Source: Vicinamibacterales bacterium
Lineage (GTDB): Bacteria; Acidobacteriota; Vicinamibacteria; Vicinamibacterales; UBA2999
Reading direction: 5' to 3'
NCBI GenBank assembly: GCA_036374815.1
Contig: DASUSZ010000130.1
Location: 2,732 to 66,731 of the forward strand
DNA: 64,000 bases
The notes under the pieces are model-generated. The model ran no database searches. It had not been told where the DNA came from and saw only the letters and a program-made list of their open reading frames with translations. Every line of letters begins with the position of its first letter. Position 1 is the first letter of the stretch. Shown piece by piece: positions 1 to 8,626 of this stretch. Both the position numbers and the translations under genes were made by a program.

Positions 1-688
1 TGGGCTGCGCGGAATTGAGGCGCGCCGTCAGCACGATGGCGGCGACCGCGCTCATCAGGCCGGCGACGCCGTAGACCGCGGTCTTGTGAAAACGGACGGC
101 GACCCCCGACAGCCGAGTGGCTTCTTCGTTGCCGCCGATGGCATACACGTATCGTCCGAACGTGGTCCGCGTCAGCACGAAGTGCGCGATCGCGTAGACG
201 ACGACCATCACCAGCACCGGCGCCGGCACGAACCCGATGCTGCCGGTGGCGATCCACCGGAAGCTTTCGCTGAAGCCCGAGACGGGCCGCCCTTCGGTGA
301 AGACCAGCGCCGCGCCGCGCGCCACGCTCATCATGCCGAGCGTGACGATGAACGGCGGCAATCGTCCGAAACTGATCAGCAGTCCGTTGAGCAGCCCGCA
401 CGCGATGCCGGCGGCGAGGGCGGCGGGGATCGCGATCATCGCGGGCTGGCCGTCCTGCAACAGCGCGCCGAGGGCGACGCCCGACAACGCGACGATCGAT
501 CCGACCGAGAGATCGATGCCGCCCGAGATGATGACGAACGTCATCCCGACGGCGACGATCGCGTTGATGCTCGTCTGCTGCACGATGTTGAGCAGGTTCG
601 ACACCGTCATGAAGTGCGGCGTCAGGATCCACAGCACCACGCACAACAGGACGAGGCCGATCAGCGTGCCGAAACGGCGTGCCCTCAC
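1..688 (-). CDS. Sugar ABC transporter permease (RbsC/AraH type), 5' portion; gene runs off the left window edge
   Basis: Absent from the ORF track because no stop lies in the window. My reverse translation from GTG 688 reads MRARRFGTLIGLVLLCVVLWILTPHFMTVSNLLNIVQQTSINAIVAVGMTFVIISGGIDLSVGSIVALSG...TFGRYVYAIGGNEEATRLSG. The multi-TM pattern and the GGIDLSVGS block are typical of ribose/inositol-type permeases. The GTG overlaps the ATPase stop (GTGA). Confidence 0.8.
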   Translation of the reverse strand, partial: MRARRFGTLIGLVLLCVVLWILTPHFMTVSNLLNIVQQTSINAIVAVGMTFVIISGGIDLSVGSIVALSGVALGALLQDGQPAMIAIPAALAAGIACGLLNGLLISFGRLPPFIVTLGMMSVARGAALVFTEGRPVSGFSESFRWIATGSIGFVPAPVLVMVVVYAIAHFVLTRTTFGRYVYAIGGNEEATRLSGVAVRFHKTAVYGVAGLMSAVAAIVLTARLNSAQP

Positions 689-2199
689 CCTTTGACTCCA
701 CTCAATCCCAGCGCTGCGCTCAACACGCGCTCCTGCGTGGCGTCGGCCGCGTCGAGCTCCGCCTGGATTCGCCCGCCGCGCATCACCAGGATGCGATCGC
801 TCATGCCGAGCAGCTCCGGCAGCTCCGACGAGATCATCAACACGCCGGCTCCGGATTCGGTGAGCCGGTTGATCAGTTGATAGATTTCGACCTTGGCGCC
901 GACATCGACGCCGCGAGTCGGCTCGTCGAAGATGAAAATGCGCGCCGCGCCCGCGAGCCACTTGCCGAGCACCACCTTCTGCTGATTGCCGCCGCTCAGC
1001 AGCCGCACCTCCTGCGTCGGAGTGGCTTTGATGCGCAGATCCTTCACCACCGGTTCCGCGAGACGCTCTTCACAACCCGCGGGAAGAACCCCGCTCGCGG
1101 CCAGCTTTCTGCCGTGTGGCAGCGCCACGTTGCGCGCGACGGTGAGGCCGGCGACGAGGCCTTCGGCCTTGCGATCCTCGGGCAGCAGTCCAATGCCCTG
1201 TGCAATCGCGTCGGCGGGATTTCGAAAGACGACGGGCCGTCCGTCGCAGGTGATGCGGCCGGCGTCGGCGCGATCCGCGCCGGCGAGCACGCGCGCCAGC
1301 TCGCTGCGGCCGGCGCCGAGCAGTCCCGCGATGCCGATCACCTCGCCGGCGCGCAGAGTGAAACTGATGTCGCTCAACACGTTCTTGCGGCCGACGCCCT
1401 CGACGGAGAGCAGCGCCGTGCCGGGGGCGTGCCGGCGCCGCGGGAACTGCTCGCTGAGATCGCGATTCGCCATCAGGCGGACGAGCTCGGCGACCGTCAC
1501 ATCGGACAGTAAGTGCGACGCGACGTTGGCGCCGTCGCGCAGCACCGTCACCCGCTTGCCGATGCGATACACCTCGTCGAGGCGATGCGTGATGTACACG
1601 ACCGCGACACCGCGCCGGGCCAGCCGCTCGATCAGCACGAACAGCTGATCGACTTCTCGCGACGTCAACGCCGAGGTCGGCTCATCCATCACGAGGATCG
1701 ACGCATCAGCGCGCAAGGCCTTTGCGATCTCCACCATCTGGCGCTGCGCCAGGCTCAATCGCGAGAGCAGCGCGCCGGGATCGAGATCCATTCCCAGGCC
1801 GGCAAGCAGCGCTGTCGTCTGGTCGTGCAGCCGGCGTCGATCGATCACGCCCGGCAACCGCGTCGGCGCCGCGCCGAGAAAGATGTTCTCGGCCACCGAC
1901 AGGTGCGGAACGAGGTTGAGCTCCTGGTAGATGACGCGGATGCCGAGATCGAGCGCGTGCCGCGGGCTGGTGATCTCGACGGCGCGATCGCCGACGCGAA
2001 TCTCGCCGCCGTCTTTCCGATACGCGCCGCTGAGGATCTTCATCAGCGTCGACTTGCCGGCGCCGTTCTCGCCGAGCAGCATGTGCACTTCGCCGGCGTA
2101 GAGCGTGAGATCAACGCCGGCCAGCGCGACGACCCCCGGGAAGGTTTTCCGGATGCCCCGCATCTCGAGGACGGCGGGGCCGCTCGCGGCGGCGCTCAC
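685..2199 (-). CDS. Sugar ABC transporter ATP-binding protein with duplicated NBD (RbsA/MglA type)
   Basis: Track ORF 685..2430 has two Walker A sites (GENGAGKST, GLLGAGRSE) and the LSGGNQQK signature. I trimmed the start to GTG 2199 (VSAAASGPAVLEMRGIRKTF...), which forms a GTGA overlap with the upstream stop. The extra 77 codons are R/P/A-rich and overlap the upstream gene. Confidence 0.9.
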   Translation of the reverse strand: MSAAASGPAVLEMRGIRKTFPGVVALAGVDLTLYAGEVHMLLGENGAGKSTLMKILSGAYRKDGGEIRVGDRAVEITSPRHALDLGIRVIYQELNLVPHLSVAENIFLGAAPTRLPGVIDRRRLHDQTTALLAGLGMDLDPGALLSRLSLAQRQMVEIAKALRADASILVMDEPTSALTSREVDQLFVLIERLARRGVAVVYITHRLDEVYRIGKRVTVLRDGANVASHLLSDVTVAELVRLMANRDLSEQFPRRRHAPGTALLSVEGVGRKNVLSDISFTLRAGEVIGIAGLLGAGRSELARVLAGADRADAGRITCDGRPVVFRNPADAIAQGIGLLPEDRKAEGLVAGLTVARNVALPHGRKLAASGVLPAGCEERLAEPVVKDLRIKATPTQEVRLLSGGNQQKVVLGKWLAGAARIFIFDEPTRGVDVGAKVEIYQLINRLTESGAGVLMISSELPELLGMSDRILVMRGGRIQAELDAADATQERVLSAALGLSGVKG

Positions 2200-3581
2200 G
2201 GAATCGGAATCTCCAGCGGCGTGCCGGGCCTGATCTGCGCGTTGCCGGTCCAGTGCAGGCGGCCGGCCGTCGGCCGGTAGCGGTCGTCGAGGCCGAACAG
2301 CGTATTCAGCCGCGTGAAGATCACCGGCGTCGTTGCCGGCCGGTCTTTCCGCGGGTAGGCGTGGACGCGAACGGCGGTGACGTTGTCGACGGTCGCGCCC
2401 ACGGGCAAGGGCACCGCGCCGCGGAAGCATCCATCACGCGCGATGCGGTATTCGGCGACGCCGCGATCGGCGGCAATCCATTTGTCGTTCACCTTGATCG
2501 AGAACGTCAGCGCGCGATTGCCGAGCGTGCCGCAGCCCTCGAGATACGCGTAGCGCCGCGGATCCGGAATCGTGCCCTTGCCGGGCGGCGGATCATCCGC
2601 GATCTTGGCCTCGCGCGTCAGCTCCTTCGATGCGACCGCATACGTCCAGGCGTTGGTGTCCATCACCATCTCGCGCGAGACGTCGGTGAGATTCACCAGC
2701 AGCGGCGCCGGCGCGTAACGAACGGTGGTGGTCCCGCGGTCGAGCACCATGTTGTTGTCGGTGCTGACCCATAGCAGCGGGTGCCGGCCTTCACGTTTGC
2801 CGGCAAACGGCAGGATCTCGTGTTCAGGGCCCTGCATGTCCTCGCTGACAATCGATCCGCCGGCGCCGAGCTCGACGCTGTAGACGTACTCGATGTCGGT
2901 GCTGCGGCCCCACGTCGCCATCAGCCGATCGACCGGCGTGCCGCCGTCTTCATTGGTGAAGATCACGGTGTAGCGGTAGCGCCTGCCCGCCGGCGCCTTT
3001 TCGACTTCGTACCACATCAGGATCGGCACGTCGGTGAACTTGCCGACGGTATTCGGACGCGCGTGGACGAACGGCGCCAGCGACAGCGCCTCGAAGCTGT
3101 CGGCGTCGGGTTCGATTTGATCGATCGATACCGTCCACTGCGCCGCGTTCGCGCCTGTGAGCGCCTTCGCCGTCAGCTCGGCATCCTCGGAGATGGCGAG
3201 CGAGTGCTTGCCGGCACCGACCAGTCCGAGCATCACGTCGTAATCGGCTTCGCCGCTCCTGACGATCGGCACATGGATCGGCGCGCGATCGTCGAGCGTG
3301 AGCTTGAGGACCACCGCCTCGGAGCCGGCCGTGTCCCACGCACACCGCTCGCACCGCACCTTCAGCCGCGCGATCGCCTCGACGTTTTCGGAGGAATCAA
3401 ACGCCGTGCGGAAAACGCCGTCGGCGATCGGCGCGGGCCGCGCCGGCCCGCAGCCAAGAAAGACGAGACCGGTGAGGACCAAAAACGCCGGGAGCTGGGA
3501 ACCGGGAACCGGGAACCGAGCGGCTCCCCGTTCCTGGCCGGCTCCCGGCTCCCGGCTCCCGGCTTGCGGCTTAGAAGCCAA
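2196..3581 (-). CDS. Hypothetical lipoprotein (about 460 aa), no family recognised
   Basis: Track ORF 2196..3581. A hydrophobic stretch ends in a lipobox-like LVFLGC. The only in-frame starts are TTG 3581 (overlaps the TBDR stop by 11 nt; the N-region then translates the heptamer repeat as AGSREPGAGQERG) and TTG 3482 (MVLTGLVFLGC). It sits between the TBDR and ABC genes in the same orientation. Confidence 0.6.
   Translation of the reverse strand: MASKPQAGSREPGAGQERGAARFPVPGSQLPAFLVLTGLVFLGCGPARPAPIADGVFRTAFDSSENVEAIARLKVRCERCAWDTAGSEAVVLKLTLDDRAPIHVPIVRSGEADYDVMLGLVGAGKHSLAISEDAELTAKALTGANAAQWTVSIDQIEPDADSFEALSLAPFVHARPNTVGKFTDVPILMWYEVEKAPAGRRYRYTVIFTNEDGGTPVDRLMATWGRSTDIEYVYSVELGAGGSIVSEDMQGPEHEILPFAGKREGRHPLLWVSTDNNMVLDRGTTTVRYAPAPLLVNLTDVSREMVMDTNAWTYAVASKELTREAKIADDPPPGKGTIPDPRRYAYLEGCGTLGNRALTFSIKVNDKWIAADRGVAEYRIARDGCFRGAVPLPVGATVDNVTAVRVHAYPRKDRPATTPVIFTRLNTLFGLDDRYRPTAGRLHWTGNAQIRPGTPLEIPIP
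3489..3563. repeat. Inverted heptamer arrays: GGGAGCT-(GGGAACC)x3, 22-nt spacer, (GGCTCCC)x3
   Basis: Read directly from the sequence: GGGAACC at 3497-3517 and GGCTCCC at 3540-3560. On the minus-sense RNA, GGGAGCC pairs with GGUUCCC with a G:U at the variable position. Confidence 0.9.
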
Positions 3582-6500
3582 AGCGCAACGACAGCTGCGC
3601 GACCCGCGGATCGCCCGCGAGACTGGAGATCACGCCGACATTGGCCGCCGAGATGTTGGAGACCGGCAGGCCGAAGTTGGCGCGATTGAACACGTTGAAC
3701 ACGTCGGCGCGCAGCGTGATGTTGGCGCGGCTGTTCAACGCAATCCTGCGCTGCACGCTCATGTCGAACGTCACCCAGCCGGGTCCGCGCAGGATGTTGC
3801 GGCCCGCGTTGCCGAACGTGCCCGAGGGCACCGGCGTGAACGCCGCCGGATTGAACCACTGCGCCACCGTCTTCGGACCGTCCGGATCGCCGGTGAGGTT
3901 CGGCACGCCGGTCTGATCGGCGCCGACGTTGTTGTTGCCCTGCGTGACCGTGAACGGCCGGCCCGATCGCGCGCTGTAGATGCCGCTCAACAGCCACCCG
4001 CCGAGAATCTTGCCGGCGATGCCGTCCGACAGCATCGCCTTGCCCTCACCGAACGGCAGCTCGACGACGAAGTTGCCGACGAAGCGGTGACGGATGTCGA
4101 AGTCGCTCGGGCCCTCCCACGATTCGAGATCGCGCGTGTTCTGCGCGCGTCCTGAAGACGCATTGAGGTGCTCCGGCGCCTGGTCGCGCGCCTCGCCGAT
4201 CGTGTACGACGCGCGGATGCTGTAGCCGTCGCTGAAGCGCTTCTCGAACGACAGGTCGACGCCCTTGTAGTTGGCTTCGCCGTTCATCTCGCGCGCCTGG
4301 ATGTTGCCGAAGTTCGGGTACGGCACCGGGCCGTTGGCGTCGAGCGTGCCGCGCAGCGGCTGGTTCAGGTTGCGCAGCACCGCGAGGTGCCTGGTGAACG
4401 AGCCGATCGCGTCGGCCGAGACCACGAAATTGCCGGCCAGCTCGCGCTCGATGCCGGCGCCGAACTGCTGCACCATCGTGCGCGGCGCGTCCTCGAACGC
4501 GGCACGCAGCTTCAGGTTGCGAATCACCAGGTTGTTCGGGTCGAGGTAGTTCGACGGGAACCCGTCGCGCATGAAGAACACCGGCGTGGTCGCGCCCGAC
4601 GAGGAATTGACCTGGATGTTGATCAGCCCCGGCGGGTTCAACGCGAGCTGATCCTCCGAACCGATGCGATCGAACTGGTTGAAGAACACGCCGTAGCCGC
4701 CGCGCAGCAGCGTCCTGTCGTTGATGCGGTAGATCGCGCCGATGCGCGGCGCGAAGTTGTTGGTATCGGGTTTCACCAGCGCGCGATCGGCGAGCGAGCC
4801 GTCGGACGCGAACACCAGCGAGCCGCCGCCGTCCGGATTGAAGTTCGCCATCCGGTTGTCCTGCTCGGTCGCCGGCGTCATGAAGTCGTAGCGCAGGCCG
4901 AGATTGAGCGTCAGCTTGTCGGTCGGCTTCCAGTCGTCCTGCACGAAGAACGAGCTCGACCACAGCTCCTGCGTGACCACGAACACGTTGGTGAGCTCGG
5001 CGCGGTTGGGATAACCCAGCAGGAAATCCGCGAACGCGTGGCCGGTGAACGTCGACTGGAAGCGCAGGTTGCCGCGCGTCGGCGCCACGTCGAAGTACTC
5101 GTTGGTCATCGGCATCATCAGGTCGATGCCGAACTTGATCTGGTGATTGCCGCGCATCCACGTGGTGGTGTTCAGCCACTGCACCTGGTTGGTGTGCTGG
5201 AACTTCGGCATGAAGTTCGGCGAGCCGAGACGGATGTGCCCGTCGATGTCGATGCCGACAATGCCGCCGGCCACGCGCGGATCTTCAGGCACGCCGCGGA
5301 AGCCGATCTGCGCCATGCCGCTCTCGCCGAACGGATCCTGCTGCCCGTCGTTGGTGCCGCGCGCCCACGACACGCGCGATTCGTTGACGAGATGCGAGCT
5401 GATCACCTTGTTCCAGCCGCCGACGACCGCATGCGAGTCGAGGAAGTTGCGGCCCCACGCCGACGTCGACGTGCCGTCGATGATGCCGCCGAACCACCCG
5501 GGCACGAATCGCACGCGGTTGCTGCCGATGTAGCGGACGAACAGATTGTTGGTGTTGCCCATCGGCACGTCGACGCGAACGAGGTAGCGATCCGATTCGT
5601 CCTCGACGTTCGGCTGGCGGATGAAGTTGTTGGCGCCCGTCGTGTTCGGCAGCGGCACCAGCTGCATGATCGCCGCGGCGACCGGATCGATGCGGTTCTG
5701 CGGAATCGTGTTGTTCGGGAACGGCTGGCCGGTCAGCGGATCGCGAATCGTCGACGTGAACACGCCGCTGCGCTGCGCCGCCGTCATCACGTTGCCGGTG
5801 CGAAGCACGCCCTGCTCGAGCCGCGTGCCTTCGTAGTCGGCAAAGAAGAACGCGCGGCTGCGCATCAGCGGGCCGCCGAGGTTGCCGCCAAACTGGTTCT
5901 GCTTGTTGGTGGCCTTGGGCTGGTTCGCGACCTTCGCGAAGTAATTGATCGTGTCGAGGCGATCGTCACGGTAGAAGTCGTAGACGGTGCCGCGGAACTG
6001 GTTGGTGCCGGACTTGGTGTTGACGATGATCGCCGCGCCTGGCGACCAGCCGTACTCGGCCGCGTACGGGCTCGTCACGACCTTGAACTCGTCGATCGCA
6101 TCGACCGACGGCCTCGATATCTGCGTCGTCAGCTCCTGCACGTTGGTCGAGAAGCTGTTGTTGGCGACGCCGTCGAGCAGGAAGTTGTTCTGCAGGCTGC
6201 GATTGCCGTGGACGCTGATGCCGCCGGTGCGCCCGGCCGACGTGCCGCCGGCCTGCTCGGTGTAGCGATCGCTCTGCACGCCGGGAACCATCGCCAGCAG
6301 ATCGTCCCAGTTCCGGATCGCCAGCGGCAGCTTGTCGACTTCGTTGGTGTCGACGACGGTGCCGAGCACGGCGGATTCGGTGCTGAGCAGCGGCGTGACG
6401 CCTTCGACCTTCACCGTCTCGCCGATCGATCCGACGGCGAGCGACAGATCAAGCCGTGACCTGGCGCCGAGCTCGAGGCTCACCACCTGTTCGTAACGCT

Positions 6501-6783
6501 GGAAGCCCGTGGCTTCCGCCTGCACCAGGTATTCACCGGGCATCAGGTTGACGACGAGATACACGCCCGCGTTGGTCGTCGTCGCGGTCGACGACACGCC
6601 GGTGGCGAGGCTCGTGACGGTGACCTTCGCGTTGGGGAGCACCGCTTCCGAGGCGTCGCGGACCACGCCGGTCAGCGTGGCGCGATCGACCTGCGCGAAC
6701 ACCGTGGCGGCCGACACCAGCAACACGGCCAGCGCCGCGCCCGTACACTGAGCGAATCGAGCAATCATCGTCCTCCTCCTCAT
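3571..6783 (-). CDS. TonB-dependent receptor with N-terminal carboxypeptidase-regulatory-like domain
   Basis: Track ORF 3571..6855. It shows a signal peptide (MIARFAQCTGAALAVLLVSAATVFAQ), a CarboxypepD_reg-like block (LTGVVRDASEAVLPNAKVTVTS...GEYLV), a plug region (DLLAMVPGVQ) and the C-terminal ...LSLRFGF typical of TBDR barrels. ATG 6783 forms an ATGA overlap with the iolB stop. ATG 6768, preceded by AGGAGGAGGA, is an alternative start. Confidence 0.9.
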   Translation of the reverse strand: MRRRTMIARFAQCTGAALAVLLVSAATVFAQVDRATLTGVVRDASEAVLPNAKVTVTSLATGVSSTATTTNAGVYLVVNLMPGEYLVQAEATGFQRYEQVVSLELGARSRLDLSLAVGSIGETVKVEGVTPLLSTESAVLGTVVDTNEVDKLPLAIRNWDDLLAMVPGVQSDRYTEQAGGTSAGRTGGISVHGNRSLQNNFLLDGVANNSFSTNVQELTTQISRPSVDAIDEFKVVTSPYAAEYGWSPGAAIIVNTKSGTNQFRGTVYDFYRDDRLDTINYFAKVANQPKATNKQNQFGGNLGGPLMRSRAFFFADYEGTRLEQGVLRTGNVMTAAQRSGVFTSTIRDPLTGQPFPNNTIPQNRIDPVAAAIMQLVPLPNTTGANNFIRQPNVEDESDRYLVRVDVPMGNTNNLFVRYIGSNRVRFVPGWFGGIIDGTSTSAWGRNFLDSHAVVGGWNKVISSHLVNESRVSWARGTNDGQQDPFGESGMAQIGFRGVPEDPRVAGGIVGIDIDGHIRLGSPNFMPKFQHTNQVQWLNTTTWMRGNHQIKFGIDLMMPMTNEYFDVAPTRGNLRFQSTFTGHAFADFLLGYPNRAELTNVFVVTQELWSSSFFVQDDWKPTDKLTLNLGLRYDFMTPATEQDNRMANFNPDGGGSLVFASDGSLADRALVKPDTNNFAPRIGAIYRINDRTLLRGGYGVFFNQFDRIGSEDQLALNPPGLINIQVNSSSGATTPVFFMRDGFPSNYLDPNNLVIRNLKLRAAFEDAPRTMVQQFGAGIERELAGNFVVSADAIGSFTRHLAVLRNLNQPLRGTLDANGPVPYPNFGNIQAREMNGEANYKGVDLSFEKRFSDGYSIRASYTIGEARDQAPEHLNASSGRAQNTRDLESWEGPSDFDIRHRFVGNFVVELPFGEGKAMLSDGIAGKILGGWLLSGIYSARSGRPFTVTQGNNNVGADQTGVPNLTGDPDGPKTVAQWFNPAAFTPVPSGTFGNAGRNILRGPGWVTFDMSVQRRIALNSRANITLRADVFNVFNRANFGLPVSNISAANVGVISSLAGDPRVAQLSLRFGF

Positions 6784-7676
6784 TCCGATAGCCGTTCCGT
6801 GGATCTGTTGCCGGGTGGCGCCACGAGTGGCAGCCGCGCATCGGGGGCGGGCCACGATCGCAACGCCGCGTAACGCGGGTCGTCGCTGGCTGCCATCGAT
6901 CGTCGCGTGCCGGCAAGCACGTTCAGGTAGTAGGCGTTATATCCATACGCTGCGACGAACGGGTGATATCCCGATCGGATGACCGTGACATCGCCGTGAT
7001 GAACTGTTACCGCGCGATCCGAGCGGCGATCGTAGAGCCGCTGGATGCCGTAGGCGTCCCGATGATCGAAGCGGTAGTAATAGATCTCCTCGAGCTTGAC
7101 CTCGCCCGGCGGGCGATCGACGTCGTGTTTGTGCGGAGGATAACTCGACCAGTTCCCCGACGGCGTGAACACTTCGCAGACCAGCAGGCGATCGGCGGGG
7201 AAGCCCGGCGGCATGATGTCGACGATCTGCCGAGTGGCGTTGCCGCCGCCGCGAATCTCGTAACCACAGTCTTGCGGCGCGATGACGCGAGCGTCGAGCC
7301 GGCTGCTCTTCTTGCTGACGGCGGCGCGGCCGTCGGCGAGCTCCGTCAATTGATCGGCCTCGACTCGAAACGCGGTTCCCGGCGGCAGATAGATCGCATG
7401 TGGATAAGCGGCAAACACGCTGGCCCGCGGGCCAAGCGTCTCCTCGCGGCCGTCGAAGATGACGCGGCACCGGCCGGCGAGCAGCACCAGGCAGCATTCC
7501 GACGAGCCGGTGCGGCTGCTCCACGCGCGCTGCGGAGCGATTTGCCGCACCGCGAAATGCACGAATCGCCACCCCGCCTGAGCGCGAGTGATTTCGATCG
7601 CCGTGCCGGTGCGCGTGCTCGCGATCGAAGACGACTTGTAGAGGACTCGAGCCGCCAACCGGGGGGATACTATCAC
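6780..7676 (-). CDS. iolB: 5-deoxy-glucuronate isomerase
   Basis: Track ORF 6780..7751. The cupin-type IolB block is present: GNWSSYPPHKHDVDRPPGEVKLEEIYYYRF...GYHPFVAAYGYNAYYLNVLAG. I placed the start at GTG 7676 (alternative TTG 7658) because further upstream collides with the divergent iolE start at 7682. Confidence 0.85.
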   Translation of the reverse strand: MIVSPRLAARVLYKSSSIASTRTGTAIEITRAQAGWRFVHFAVRQIAPQRAWSSRTGSSECCLVLLAGRCRVIFDGREETLGPRASVFAAYPHAIYLPPGTAFRVEADQLTELADGRAAVSKKSSRLDARVIAPQDCGYEIRGGGNATRQIVDIMPPGFPADRLLVCEVFTPSGNWSSYPPHKHDVDRPPGEVKLEEIYYYRFDHRDAYGIQRLYDRRSDRAVTVHHGDVTVIRSGYHPFVAAYGYNAYYLNVLAGTRRSMAASDDPRYAALRSWPAPDARLPLVAPPGNRSTERLSE

Positions 7677-7681
7677 CGCCG

Positions 7682-8581
7682 ATGATTCGTGTAGCCAACG
7701 CACCGTGCTCCTGGGGAGTCCTTGAATTTGGCGGCGACGCCAAGCCTGCAACCTTTGACACCGTCCTCGACGAGATCCGATCGACCGGATATGAGGGGAC
7801 CGAGCTGGGCGACTGGGGTTTCATGCCCACCGACCCCGCCGCGCTGAAACGCGAGCTGGCCAGCCGGCGCCTTGCGATGGTCGGCGCGTTCGTTCCGATC
7901 GGGCTGGCCGACGCACGGACGCATGGGTTCGGGCTGGAAACAGCGGTGCGGACGGCGGAGCTGATGCGCGATGCCGGCGCCGCGGAGGCGGTGATTGTGC
8001 TTGCCGACGACAACGCATCGGTGCCGGCGCGCGAGCAGAATGCCGGACGGATCGCGCCCGAGCACGAGCTGACCGATCGGCAATGGGACACCTTTGCCGC
8101 CGGCGCGGACCTCGTCGCCCGCGCGGTGGCGGAGCGCACCGGTTTGCGCACTGTTTTCCATCCGCACTGCGGCGGCTACGTTGAAACCCCGCGCGAGATC
8201 GATGCGCTGATGCAGCGCACGGATCCGAAACGGCTCGGCCTCGTCCTCGACACCGGCCACATCGTCTACGGCGGCGGCGACCCGTTGCGCGTGTTCCAGG
8301 CGCATCGCGATCGCGTATGGCACGTGCACTTCAAGGATTGCGACGCGAACGTCGCCGCGATGGCACGCCAGCAGAAGCTCGGCTACCTCGCCGCGGTCCG
8401 AAAGCAGTTGTTCTGCGAGCTCGGCGAAGGCATTGTCGACTTCGAGGCGGTCACTGCGGCGCTGCGTGAAGCGCGCTACAACGGATGGATCGTGGTCGAG
8501 CAGGATGTCTTCCCGGGGTACGGCTCCCCGAAGGAGAGCGCGGCAAAAAGCCGGAATTACCTACGCAGCCTCGGTGTTTGA
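7682..8581 (+). CDS. iolE: Inosose dehydratase-like sugar phosphate isomerase/epimerase (xylose-isomerase-like TIM barrel)
   Basis: Track ORF 7682..8581. The blocks FHPHCGGYVETPREIDALMQRTDPKRLGLVLDTGHI...VWHVHFKDCD...GWIVVEQD parallel B. subtilis IolE as I remember it. The context is iolB/iolD. Confidence 0.8.
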   Translation: MIRVANAPCSWGVLEFGGDAKPATFDTVLDEIRSTGYEGTELGDWGFMPTDPAALKRELASRRLAMVGAFVPIGLADARTHGFGLETAVRTAELMRDAGAAEAVIVLADDNASVPAREQNAGRIAPEHELTDRQWDTFAAGADLVARAVAERTGLRTVFHPHCGGYVETPREIDALMQRTDPKRLGLVLDTGHIVYGGGDPLRVFQAHRDRVWHVHFKDCDANVAAMARQQKLGYLAAVRKQLFCELGEGIVDFEAVTAALREARYNGWIVVEQDVFPGYGSPKESAAKSRNYLRSLGV

Positions 8582-8592
8582 CCGCCGGGCCG

Positions 8593-8616
8593 TGAGCCCG
8601 CAAGCCCGTGAGCCCG
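8593..8616. repeat. Octamer tandem repeat TGAGCCCG CAAGCCCG TGAGCCCG
   Basis: Read directly. It lies in the 45-nt spacer between the iolE stop (8581) and the transaldolase-family start (8627). The unit family (YRRGCCCS) is the same as at 38923 and 58162. Confidence 0.85.
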
Positions 8617-8626
8617 AATCACGCTT

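Noticed and set aside
4168-6459. 763-aa plus-strand ORF
   Set aside because: It is antisense to a clearly recognisable TonB-dependent receptor. The product is R/A/V/D/G-rich low complexity with no motif. This is the typical shadow ORF of GC-rich DNA. The same applies to 86..880, 1513..2280, 2781..3689 and similar ORFs.
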